Source of the DNA: Candidatus Pelethousia sp.
GTDB taxonomy: Bacteria > Bacillota > Clostridia > Christensenellales > CAG-138
NCBI GenBank assembly: GCA_034928145.1
Contig: JAYFPE010000010.1
Location: 27,882-91,881, forward strand
Direction of reading: 5' to 3'
Length of the DNA stretch: 64,000 nt
A program made the position numbers and the translations under genes. Positions 47,206 to 55,875 of the stretch are shown in pieces; the stretch's first letter is position 1; each line of letters begins with the position of its first letter. The notes beneath the pieces are model-generated. The model saw nothing but the letters and a program-made list of their open reading frames with translations, did not search any database and was not told where the DNA came from.

Positions 47206-48915
47206 TTAGCCCGCAGCGTTTGCCAGCAGCGCCTTGACGGCTGCTTCCGTATCCAGGTTAATGACCTTTTGGCTAAGAGCCTGCGCTTCTTCAAGGGTGT
47301 ATTGGGCGAGCGCGCGCTTCACATCCGCGATGCAGGCCGCATTCATGCTGAACTTGCGCAGGCCCAGCCCGGCCAATGCGGGCGCGGCCAGGGCGGAGCC
47401 AGCCATCTCGCCGCATACGGAGACCGGCTTGCCCCTTGCGTTGAAGGCGTCCAACACCATCTTGATGGCGCGGAACATAGCTGGGGAAAAGCTTTGGTAA
47501 TAGCCGGCGACCTGGGCGTTCATGCGGTCCGCCGCGTGCAGGTATTGGCACAGGTCATTGGTGCCGATGCTGGCAAAATCGCACGCGGCAGCCACGACGT
47601 CCGCAAGGAGGGCGATGGAGGGGATCTCGATCATGATGCCTACAGGCATGCTTTCGTCAAAGGGGATCTGCTGGCCGCGCAGCTGCGCCCTGGCTTCTTC
47701 CAGGACCTCCTTGGCGGCGCGCAGGTCATCCAGTGAGCCGACCATGGGGAACATGATCTGCAGCTTGCCGTAAGCGGAGGCCCGCAAGGCGGCCCGCAGC
47801 TGGGTGAGGAAGAGCTCGCGCTTTTCGAGGCACAACCGCAGGGCGCGGCAGCCCAGGAAAGGGTTATCCTCCTTGGGCAGGGGCAGGGCGGGCAGGGTCT
47901 TATCCCCGCCCACATCCAGCGTGCGCAAGGTCACGGGGCGGCCCTTGGCCTGCTCGAGCACAGCGCGGTATACGGCGAACTGCTCCATTTCCGCCGGCAG
48001 GCGCTCGCTCTCCATATAGAGGAACTCCGTACGGAAAAGCCCCACGAAGCTGCATACCTCGATGGCGTCCTTATCCATGCGCGCGCCGATGTTGAGGCCG
48101 ATCTCCACAGGCGTGCCGTCTTTGAGGCGGGGCTCCTGGGCAAAATATTGGGCGGCGTCGCGCCGATCCGCCTGGTAGGCCGCGCGCTTTTCTTCATATT
48201 GGCGCAGGGCGGAAGCATCCGGATCGAGCAGCACCTCGCCGTTTAGCGCATCCACGATGACCGCGGCCCCGTGGGGCAGGGCCTTGGTGGCGTCCGGCAC
48301 GCCCAGCACGGCGGGGATGCCGAAGGCGCGGGCCAAGATGGCGGAGTGGGAGGTGGAGCCGCCTACTTCGGTAATGATGGCCAGTACATTCGCCCTATCC
48401 ATGGTAGCGGTATCGCTGGGCAGAAGGTCGTGGGCGACGACCACCACGGGGCAGCCGAGGCGAGAGAGGTTGCGCTCCGGCTCCCCGTGGAGGATGCGCA
48501 CCAAGCGGTTGCGCACATCCCGAAGGTCCATCGCCCGCGAGGCGATCAGCGGGTCCTTGGCGGCGCTCAAAAGGGCCGCGTATTCCGTAAATACCCGGTT
48601 CACGGCAAAATCCGGCGCCTGGCGGCGCTCCAGGATGGCCGCGCGGATCTCCTCATCCATCTCCTCGTCCCCGAGAAAGGCCCGGTGCGCCGAAAATATC
48701 TTGGCCTTATCCGCATCCCTCTGCGAGAAGGAGGCGATGATATCGCGCAGCTCCTTATCCGCCAGGCCTACGGCTTCCTGGTATTTGGCCACAGCGCCCA
48801 GCTCTTGGCCGGGCTGCACATAGGCTTCGAACACATCGCACGCATAGGCCTTGTATTGGTATACGCTGCCTGTGGATAGGCCCGGGGAAACGGGGTTTCC
48901 CTTGAAAATGCGCAT
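47206..48915 (-). CDS. ptsI: phosphoenolpyruvate--protein phosphotransferase (PTS enzyme I)
   Basis: Start at MRIFKGNPVSPGLSTG, 5 nt after the ptsH stop. Active-site His in GGSTSHSAILAR. PEP-utilising C-terminal TIM domain (GTNDLCQY). Confidence 0.95.
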   Translation of the reverse strand: MRIFKGNPVSPGLSTGSVYQYKAYACDVFEAYVQPGQELGAVAKYQEAVGLADKELRDIIASFSQRDADKAKIFSAHRAFLGDEEMDEEIRAAILERRQAPDFAVNRVFTEYAALLSAAKDPLIASRAMDLRDVRNRLVRILHGEPERNLSRLGCPVVVVAHDLLPSDTATMDRANVLAIITEVGGSTSHSAILARAFGIPAVLGVPDATKALPHGAAVIVDALNGEVLLDPDASALRQYEEKRAAYQADRRDAAQYFAQEPRLKDGTPVEIGLNIGARMDKDAIEVCSFVGLFRTEFLYMESERLPAEMEQFAVYRAVLEQAKGRPVTLRTLDVGGDKTLPALPLPKEDNPFLGCRALRLCLEKRELFLTQLRAALRASAYGKLQIMFPMVGSLDDLRAAKEVLEEARAQLRGQQIPFDESMPVGIMIEIPSIALLADVVAAACDFASIGTNDLCQYLHAADRMNAQVAGYYQSFSPAMFRAIKMVLDAFNARGKPVSVCGEMAGSALAAPALAGLGLRKFSMNAACIADVKRALAQYTLEEAQALSQKVINLDTEAAVKALLANAAG

Positions 48916-48919
48916 ATGC

Positions 48920-49198
48920 TCAGCCCTCGCCAAAGCCGCTGTTGATCAGCGCGGCGAGCTGGTTCACAGCCGCCTGCTCGTCGCCGCCCTCGGCGGAAAT
49001 TTCGATGTTGGTGCCGGCGTTGAGCCCTGCGGAAAGCAGGCGAACGATGGACTTTGCGTTTACCGCTACGGCGTCCGGGTCGTCCACGTTGCGGATGAGC
49101 ACCTGGGATTCAAAGCTCTTGGCAAGCGCCACCAGCTCGGAGGCCGGCCGCGCGTGCAGGCCGGAGGTGTTTTTGATCAGCACGTTTTGTACGTACAT
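48920..49198 (-). CDS. ptsH: phosphocarrier protein HPr
   Basis: 92 aa. His15 context NTSGLHARPAS. Ser46 context VNAKSIVRLLSAG. Confidence 0.93.
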   Translation of the reverse strand: MYVQNVLIKNTSGLHARPASELVALAKSFESQVLIRNVDDPDAVAVNAKSIVRLLSAGLNAGTNIEISAEGGDEQAAVNQLAALINSGFGEG

Positions 49199-49213
49199 GG
49201 CGAATGCTCCTTT

Positions 49214-50470
49214 CTATCCTTTCCAGTTCGCAAGAAGATAGGCTTCCGCCTGGGCGCACCATAAGCCCCGGTGCGCCTTGGTGATGGCGTGCAGCTCGCC
49301 AAAGCGCGCGTCCTTCTCAGCCAGGCTTGAAAAATCCTCGATCGCCGTGAGCGGCATGGCAATGTGGTTGTAGATGAGCTTTTTGCCGCCGGGTATCTTC
49401 GGCAGGTTGAGGATGGCGTTCGCTGCGCTGTTTAGCCCGCCGATGTGGGTCACCATAACGGCGGGTTCCGTGGCCCCGGCTTCGGAAAGGCGCAGGGCCT
49501 CCTTAAGATCGTCCGTATTGCCGCCTGTGGTGCCCATGATATGGGTGGAATTATAATGCGCGTCATAAAGGTTGATGCTGGCGCTGAAGGCGGGATCCAT
49601 GGGCCCGGCGAAGATGTTCATGCATCCGTCCCGGCCTAAAATAGCGTTGCCCAGCTCCGCCACGGCGGTCACGGGCGCAAAGACGAACACATCGTCGAAG
49701 CCGCCGCCTGCAAGCGCCCTCAAATGCACGGCCGGATCCGCCAGATCGGCGGTATTGACGAAGCGTACGTCCACGCCACTTTTTGCGGCCTTTTCGCGGA
49801 AGATCTCTTCCGCCCGGGCGAGGCGGGATTGGTCGATGTCGGCAATGACCAACAGACCCGGTCGCCTATCGCAACTGATGGCGTAATCCAGCGCGCCCAA
49901 GCCCATGGGTCCGGCGCCGGCCACAATGGCCGCCTTACCGCCCGGCACGATGCCCATCTCATGGTGGTAATCGCCCATGCGGGTGTGGTAAGCCGCGTGG
50001 AACGCGCCGATGTTGCAGCTCATCGGCTCGGCCAGGGAGGCCTCGAAATAAGCCTCGCCGCCGTATTCGAGGAAGCAGCCCAACTCCATCACCTCGGGCG
50101 GGATGATGCAATAGGTGGCGTTGCCGCCGAAATAGGGATAGGAATACCCGGGCGACCACATCGTGCCCTTGTAATTAAGCGCGGGCTGCAGGGTGAACTT
50201 GCCGCCTTCGCGGAATTTGCCCTTGTGCTTGGCCCCTACGGCCACGATATTGCCCGCCATTTCATGGCCCATGATGGTGGGGTTGTTTTCTAAATCCTTG
50301 GGTACGCGCTTGTGCTCCTGGCCCAGCATGGCGCATTTGTAGGTAGACATGCAGACGCTGTCCGAAATCACCTCAACCAGAATTTCATCGTCTTTCATCT
50401 CCGGCAGCTCGAATGTTTCCAGGCGCAAGTCGCCCGCGCCATAGAGCCGCACCGCGGTCGTTTTCATCAA
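49214..50470 (-). CDS. long (418 aa) zinc-dependent medium-chain dehydrogenase/reductase, SorE (ketose-1-phosphate reductase)-like
   Basis: N-terminal GroES-like fold with ..ILVEVISDSVCMSTYK..GHEMAGNIVAVG.. and Rossmann motif AIVAGAGPMGLGA. Its length and N-terminal sequence resemble proteins I recall being annotated as L-sorbose-1-phosphate reductase. Confidence 0.7.
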   Translation of the reverse strand: MMKTTAVRLYGAGDLRLETFELPEMKDDEILVEVISDSVCMSTYKCAMLGQEHKRVPKDLENNPTIMGHEMAGNIVAVGAKHKGKFREGGKFTLQPALNYKGTMWSPGYSYPYFGGNATYCIIPPEVMELGCFLEYGGEAYFEASLAEPMSCNIGAFHAAYHTRMGDYHHEMGIVPGGKAAIVAGAGPMGLGALDYAISCDRRPGLLVIADIDQSRLARAEEIFREKAAKSGVDVRFVNTADLADPAVHLRALAGGGFDDVFVFAPVTAVAELGNAILGRDGCMNIFAGPMDPAFSASINLYDAHYNSTHIMGTTGGNTDDLKEALRLSEAGATEPAVMVTHIGGLNSAANAILNLPKIPGGKKLIYNHIAMPLTAIEDFSSLAEKDARFGELHAITKAHRGLWCAQAEAYLLANWKG

Positions 50471-50485
50471 AACATCCCTCCCATC

Positions 50486-51415
50486 TTATAGCCGCGTGAT
50501 TTTCACGCCCGATACATAAGCCTCCGCCTGCGCGCGGGTAGGGGGGCTGCTGCCCGGGCGGGTGACCTTGGCCGCGGCCGCAGCCATAGCAAATCGCACG
50601 GCCTCTTCCTTGCCCAGGCCCCGCTCCTTGGATAAGAGCAGGCCGGCGATAAGGGTATCCCCGGCGCCCACCGTGCTCACGGCCTCTACCTTAGGGGCTT
50701 CGGCAAAGAGCATGCCCGCTTCATCCGCAAAGATCGCTCCCTTTGCGCCCATGGAAACCGCCACCATGGCGATGCCGCCATCAACCAGGCGGCCGGCCGC
50801 GGCGGCCAGGGTCTCCAGCCGTGTATCGGCCAGGCCGCAAAGCTCGGCCATCTCCTGCGCGTTGGGTTTGATGAGGAAGGGCTTGCTTTTGGCCATGGCC
50901 TTAAGCAGAGCCCCATCCATATCGGCGGCCACCCGCACGCCCCGGGCTGCCAGGGCTACTGCCCAGCGGGCCGGCAGATCCGCCGCCACGCCCTCTGGCG
51001 CGCTGCCTGCAAACAGCAGCGTATCGCCACTCTGCACCCGGGCGGATATCCGCCCGAACAGTTCGTCGAGCGCGGCAGGGGGGACGGGGGAGCCCGGCTC
51101 GTTAATATCCGTATAGGTATGGTGCAGGGGGTCGAACACCTTGAGGTTGGTGCGCGTTTGCCCGGGCACGGATACGAAATCACATAGAACGCCCATTTCC
51201 GCCAGCGCAGCGAGAAGCGTTTCGCCGGAGCCGCCGCCAGCAAACCCCATGGCGATGGATTCGCAGCCAAAGCTCTTAAGCGCCTTGCTCACATTTACGC
51301 CCTTGCCGCCCGCGTCTATGCGCATATGGGAAACGCGGTTGACCGCATCCAGCGTAAAGCCGCTTATCGTTACGGATTTATCCAGCGCGGGGTTGAGCGT
51401 TACGGTAAAGATCAA
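50486..51415 (-). CDS. fruK: PfkB-family sugar-phosphate kinase (1-phosphofructokinase / tagatose-6-phosphate kinase type)
   Basis: 309 aa. MIFTVTLNPALDKS..DAGGKGVNVSKAL and C-terminal GAGDTLIAG. Cannot be separated from LacC by eye. Confidence 0.8.
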   Translation of the reverse strand: MIFTVTLNPALDKSVTISGFTLDAVNRVSHMRIDAGGKGVNVSKALKSFGCESIAMGFAGGGSGETLLAALAEMGVLCDFVSVPGQTRTNLKVFDPLHHTYTDINEPGSPVPPAALDELFGRISARVQSGDTLLFAGSAPEGVAADLPARWAVALAARGVRVAADMDGALLKAMAKSKPFLIKPNAQEMAELCGLADTRLETLAAAAGRLVDGGIAMVAVSMGAKGAIFADEAGMLFAEAPKVEAVSTVGAGDTLIAGLLLSKERGLGKEEAVRFAMAAAAAKVTRPGSSPPTRAQAEAYVSGVKITRL

Positions 51416-51888
51416 GTCCGCTCACCTCCGCCGGTCAGCCGGGCATAGATGAAGGCCGGATCCGTGGCGTGGCGAAGCTGGTCAAAGGATTCCTCATCCA
51501 GCATCATATTGGCCAGGGCTTGCAGGATGGGCAGATGCTCATCCTCCTTGCCGGCGATGCCCACCACGAGATACGCAAGCTCATCCCCAAAGGGCACGCC
51601 TGCGGGGAATTGCAGCACGCAAAGCCCGGTGCTGTGAATCAGGGACTTGGCCTCGCCTACGCCATGGGGGATGGCCACGCCCTCGCCGATGTAGGTGGTC
51701 ACCACGTTTTCGCGCTCGATCATGGCCTCTATATAACCCGCATCCACGCAGCCGCGCTCTGTTAACAGTTCGCCTGCCATGCGGATGGCTTCGTATTTAT
51801 CCGCCGCGCGAAGGCCCGTGCGAACGTCCTGTGGGCGCAGGGCTGCGAGGCGGGAAGGTTTCTGTGGCACGGTTGCCAGCTTTTCCAT
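51412..51888 (-). CDS. mtlF: PTS EIIA component, mannitol/fructose class
   Basis: 158 aa. TYIGEGVAIPHGVGEAKSLI..LVVGIAGKEDEHL aligns by eye with the EIIA domain of E. coli MtlA (TYLGESIAVPHGTVEAKDRV..LVIGIAARNNEHI). Confidence 0.88.
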   Translation of the reverse strand: MEKLATVPQKPSRLAALRPQDVRTGLRAADKYEAIRMAGELLTERGCVDAGYIEAMIERENVVTTYIGEGVAIPHGVGEAKSLIHSTGLCVLQFPAGVPFGDELAYLVVGIAGKEDEHLPILQALANMMLDEESFDQLRHATDPAFIYARLTGGGERT

Positions 51889-51898
51889 AAAGTTCTCC

Positions 51899-53956
51899 TT
51901 ATTGATTGATTATTTCACAATAATATGTGTTCAATATTCTCTCCACCGCATGATGGCAGGATTGCGCATCACCGCGGCAGAGTGTCTTGATGAAGGCGGG
52001 TTCCTCAACCAGGGCGCGGGAGATGGCGCCCAACGTTTCCAGGGTTTGCTTTTGCGCTTCCCTTTGCGCCAGCATGACCAGCGCCAGCTTGGGCAGGCCC
52101 GCGGGCTGATCCTCTTTGGCGCGGATAATGCCCAGCCAGGCCTGGGATACGCCCTCGGTGCGGCAATGCAGCAGCATGGTCTCCCCATCCGGGGTGATGG
52201 TGCTGCCCAGCTTCTCACGCTCGCAGAGATCCGCCCGCACGGCGGCCGTCTGCTCAGGCGTGCCCGCCGTATGCCGCGCGATGCGGGCGATGAGGCCGGG
52301 CATATCCGCCAGATCGCCATCCTCCCATAAAAACAGGCCGGAGAGGATTTGCAAAATGGTATCGATCGCCGTGCGCGTGCGGGCCAGGGTGGTTACCAAG
52401 TCGCTGAGCTGTACGCCCGCGCTCGTTTTGGGCGGCTCGCTTTTGCAGGCCTTGAGCAATTGCCACACGGCGTCCTTTTCCGGGTCCGTGAGGAAGGGGG
52501 AGACCTGTACGCTGGGCAGGTCGACCTGCGGCAGCTGCACGGTGGAAATGATCATCTCGATGCTATCACGCTCAAGCTGGGCGGAATCCAGCTTGGCTGT
52601 GGAAACGACGTCTTTAACTTCGATATCGGAAAATTCGCGTTTGATGCGCAGGGCCAAAAGCTGCGCCGTAACCATGCCGCTGGGGCAGCAGATGATGGCC
52701 CGGCAGCGCCGGGAGGAATAGCTGCGGCTGTCTTCCAGGGCTACGCCCAGGTGCACGGCCAGGTAGCCGATCTCGGAATCCGGCACCTCGGTGTGCAGCT
52801 CGTCTACCAGCTCCTTCGCGCATTCCTGCGCCAAGTCGTAGAGCTCGCCGTAATGGGCCTTCACATCCTCCAAGATGGGGTTGCGGATATCCAGCCCCAT
52901 AGAGAGGCGGGCGATGGTGGGCACAAGGTGGCGCTGCAGCGCCTCGGTAAAGCCCGCGGCCGGGTCGATCATCACGCCGGTGCGCGCCTGCGCGCGCAGG
53001 ATCATGCGCTCTGCGATACGCGCGGCCTGGCGCTCGGATTCCCGGTCGGAAATGCCGCTCAGGCCCTGGGAGCTTTGCAGCACGGAGGAAAGGTAAAAGC
53101 GCTCGCCATTGGGGATGCGTATGGAAAAATGCGCTTCCAGCGCGCAGATCAGGATATTGGCCAGGCTGCCTGCCGCCGCATAGGTGCAAACGCCGTCCTG
53201 CTCCTCGATACCCGCGCCCTGGGATACCCTAAGCAACAGCAGGTATAGATGCAGGGCCAGGGCCTTGCGGCCGCGGTCGTTTTGGATCATGCCCGCAAGC
53301 TCGGGGATGCTGTCCAGCAAGCGCTCGATCTGGCCCAAGAAGGCGGGCGGGAAGAGCTTGCGCGAATCGAAGGCGTCCTGTATGCCGTTAAGAGCCGGGG
53401 CCATGTTATCCAATTTATGTTTATGGCTTTCGGCCTGCTCATAATAGAGCCGCACCAACGCCCGCCTGCGCAACCATTCGTCCGCTTCCACGTAGATGCC
53501 TACGCCGGGCTTACGCACCAGGGGGACGCCGTTTTCAGCCAGCCATTTTTCGCAATGATTAAGATCGGAACCAACGGTGGTATCCGTAATGCCAAGGTTT
53601 CGGGTAAAGGAATAAATTTTTTGGGGCTGGGCTTCCATCAGCAGCCGCATAAGAATGGCGGCGACTCGCTCTTCCTGCGAGAATACGGGCCGCAGCTTTT
53701 CCGGACCGCCCATTTTTTTAAGCAGATTCATGCGCTGCTCCCTGCCGCCGCAAAAGCGCACGCCGCTGCCGCTTTTCACTTCGATCAGGCGCCCATCCTC
53801 GCCAAGGCAGGCGGTGAGCGCTTCCAGCTCGCGCTGGATGGTGCGCTTGCTAAGGCCGAGGCGCTCCGCGAGGGAGGCCATGGTTTTATAGCCATCGCCT
53901 TCCAGCGCCAGGTTTAGCAATTCATATTGGCGGGTCGTAAGCGTCAAGACTTGCAC
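51899..53956 (-). CDS. mtlR: MtlR/LicR-type PRD-domain transcriptional activator (HTH, Mga-like, 2x PRD, EIIB-like, EIIA-like)
   Basis: 685 aa. N-terminal HTH TRQYELLNLALEGDGYKTMASLAERLGLSKRTIQRELEAL. PRD-type His-containing repeats. EIIB-like RAIICCPSGMVTAQLL. C-terminal EIIA-like region. Confidence 0.85.
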   Translation of the reverse strand: MQVLTLTTRQYELLNLALEGDGYKTMASLAERLGLSKRTIQRELEALTACLGEDGRLIEVKSGSGVRFCGGREQRMNLLKKMGGPEKLRPVFSQEERVAAILMRLLMEAQPQKIYSFTRNLGITDTTVGSDLNHCEKWLAENGVPLVRKPGVGIYVEADEWLRRRALVRLYYEQAESHKHKLDNMAPALNGIQDAFDSRKLFPPAFLGQIERLLDSIPELAGMIQNDRGRKALALHLYLLLLRVSQGAGIEEQDGVCTYAAAGSLANILICALEAHFSIRIPNGERFYLSSVLQSSQGLSGISDRESERQAARIAERMILRAQARTGVMIDPAAGFTEALQRHLVPTIARLSMGLDIRNPILEDVKAHYGELYDLAQECAKELVDELHTEVPDSEIGYLAVHLGVALEDSRSYSSRRCRAIICCPSGMVTAQLLALRIKREFSDIEVKDVVSTAKLDSAQLERDSIEMIISTVQLPQVDLPSVQVSPFLTDPEKDAVWQLLKACKSEPPKTSAGVQLSDLVTTLARTRTAIDTILQILSGLFLWEDGDLADMPGLIARIARHTAGTPEQTAAVRADLCEREKLGSTITPDGETMLLHCRTEGVSQAWLGIIRAKEDQPAGLPKLALVMLAQREAQKQTLETLGAISRALVEEPAFIKTLCRGDAQSCHHAVERILNTYYCEIINQ

Positions 53957-53972
53957 CTCCCCCCGCCGCCAG

Positions 53973-54006
53973 CCGGAGGAAGGGCGGCTTGCGGCCCTTC
54001 CTCCGG
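53973..54006 (-). other. 13-bp perfect GC-rich hairpin between mtlA and mtlR
   Basis: CCGGAGGAAGGGC-GGCTTGCG-GCCCTTCCTCCGG. No U-run on either strand. Confidence 0.6.
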
Positions 54007-54029
54007 GAGACGGTTATTGGGAATTAACG

Positions 54030-55409
54030 CTATTGGGTGAGTTCCGTGATGAACGAATCATATTCGGAAGCGTTCATAAAGCTGTTGATGGGAAAGATCT
54101 TCGCAGCCGGTACCTTGGCGCGCACACGGTCCACCAGCGAGTTCTGAGTCAGCACATACTGCGCGTCCGTGGGGATCTCCTCGATGGAGCTGTGCTGCAC
54201 CTTGGCGTCAAAGCCCAGCGAATTGAGGCGCTTGCGCAGCGTGGTCGCGCCCATGGCGCTCGAGCCCATGCCGGCGTCGCAGGCAAAGACGATTTTGGCG
54301 CTCAGAGCCTGAACCTGGCCTTTGCTCTCCAGCTTTCTAGACTTGACATCCTGCTGGGCAGCCAGCAGGGCGTCCTCATCCGTTTCCCTGCGGGCGGAGA
54401 GTTTTACGAAAACGGAGGCTACTAGGAAGGAGATGGCGCAGGAGGTGAGCACGCCCAACAATACGATCAGGGTGTCGCCCTTGGGCGCCATGGCCAGCAG
54501 GGCAAAGATGCTGCCCGGGGAGGGCGTGGCCACAAGGCCCGCGCCGGTGATAACATAGGTAAGCACGCCGGTCGCGCCGCCGGCGATCACGGCCAGCAGC
54601 AGCGCGGGATTCATTAGTACGAAGGGGAAGTAGATCTCATGGATGCCGCCCAGGAAATGGATGACGGCCGCGCCGGGCGCGGTGCTCTTGGCCTGGCCCT
54701 TGCCAAAGAGCCAATAGGCCAGGATAATGCCCATGCCGGGGCCGGGGTTGGTCTCGATGAGGAACATGATGGATTTACCCAGCGCGGCGGCCTGTTCCAT
54801 GCCGATGGGGCCCATGATACCATGATTGATGGCGTTGTTCAAGAAAAGGATCTTGGCGGGCTCCACGAAGATGGAGATTAGGGGCAGAAGGCCCGCGTTG
54901 TAGATGAGGTTTGCGCCGCCGGTGAGGATGGCGGTGATGGCCGCGACAAAGGGCCCTACGAGATAGTAGCCGATGATGGCCAGGATGGTGCCGATGATGC
55001 CGAGCGAGAAGTTGTCGACCAGCATTTCAAAGCCGGCCTTGACCTTGCCTTCGATGGCGGCGTCGAACTTTTTAAGGATCCAGCCGGAAAGCGGCGCATA
55101 CATCATGATGCCGAGGAACATAGGGATGTCTGAGCCTACGATGAGGCCGATGGCGGCCACGCAGGCGATAACCGCGCCGCGCTGGCCGTGGATGTTTTTG
55201 CCCGCGGTATAGGCTACCAGCAAGGGCAGCAGGTTAGAGAGCATCGGGCCTACCAGCGTGGCCAGTTTTTCGTTGGGCAGCCAGCCGGTTCCAATGAACA
55301 AGGCCGTGATCAGGCCCCAAGCCACGAACGCGCCAATGTTCGGCATAACCATTGCGCTAAGGCTGCGGCCTACCCTCTGTACAGTTGCTTTTAAGTTACT
55401 GTTTGACAA
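54030..55409 (-). CDS. mtlA: PTS mannitol-class EIICB transporter
   Basis: 459 aa with a TTG start 7 nt after GGGGGT. Collinear with E. coli MtlA EIICB (VQRVGRSLSAMVMPNIGAFVAWG, FVEPAKILFLNNAINHGI, LIETNPGPGMG, HFLGGIHEIYFPFVLMNP, EIIB Cys in VFACDAGMGSSAMG). Confidence 0.93.
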   Translation of the reverse strand: MSNSNLKATVQRVGRSLSAMVMPNIGAFVAWGLITALFIGTGWLPNEKLATLVGPMLSNLLPLLVAYTAGKNIHGQRGAVIACVAAIGLIVGSDIPMFLGIMMYAPLSGWILKKFDAAIEGKVKAGFEMLVDNFSLGIIGTILAIIGYYLVGPFVAAITAILTGGANLIYNAGLLPLISIFVEPAKILFLNNAINHGIMGPIGMEQAAALGKSIMFLIETNPGPGMGIILAYWLFGKGQAKSTAPGAAVIHFLGGIHEIYFPFVLMNPALLLAVIAGGATGVLTYVITGAGLVATPSPGSIFALLAMAPKGDTLIVLLGVLTSCAISFLVASVFVKLSARRETDEDALLAAQQDVKSRKLESKGQVQALSAKIVFACDAGMGSSAMGATTLRKRLNSLGFDAKVQHSSIEEIPTDAQYVLTQNSLVDRVRAKVPAAKIFPINSFMNASEYDSFITELTQ

Positions 55410-55485
55410 TGTGATTACCCCCTTTTTATTTGTTTCGACTGGGTATAAGAAGTGTTAAACAGATCCCGGGGTCTTGGTTGCTTAT

Positions 55486-55515
55486 ATTATAGGTGGTGCC
55501 GGAAAGCAATTGCAA
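55486..55515 (-). promoter_or_regulatory. candidate sigma-A promoter of the PTS operon
   Basis: On the minus strand: TTGCAA (55515-55510), 18 nt, TATAAT (55491-55486), about 75 nt upstream of the TTG start. Confidence 0.4.
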
Positions 55516-55713
55516 TCTTAAGAAGATGCGTCTTGGCCGCTGCCAAACGTGACAAATCCTGGATAATACGTTTATGTCCACATCCGTTTTGACAGGTTTT
55601 TGCCAGCGGGGGGAAGGCTCAAATACGAAACGCGTGAGAGAACGATCAGAAAAATAGCTTACGGAGTGCCCTAATTTACGTTGTGCGCTTCTATGCGCGC
55701 CTACTATTGGGTA

Positions 55714-55739
55714 GAAAAAAAGCCGGACAGACGCCGGCT
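55714..55739 (-). terminator. rho-independent terminator (minus strand) downstream of the hydantoinase gene
   Basis: The minus strand reads AGCCGGC-GTCTGT-CCGGCT followed by TTTTTTT. Confidence 0.7.
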
Positions 55740-55875
55740 TGATCCTGTTGATGCTTTGACGGTAGGTAGAATGCTCTTCCAACTTTATGGGGGCCAGATT
55801 CGACTAACTTTGCATTTGAACGGGGTTCGCTTTGTATTTTCCTGTGTTGCCTTAACCGGGATTTTGGGAAGCAAT

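Noticed and set aside
55426-55782. 118-aa minus-strand ORF between the hydantoinase gene and mtlA.
   Set aside because: It spans a rho-independent terminator and the predicted PTS promoter, has no RBS, and has an unremarkable Arg/Ser-rich sequence. The region is better explained as a terminator plus promoter and leader.
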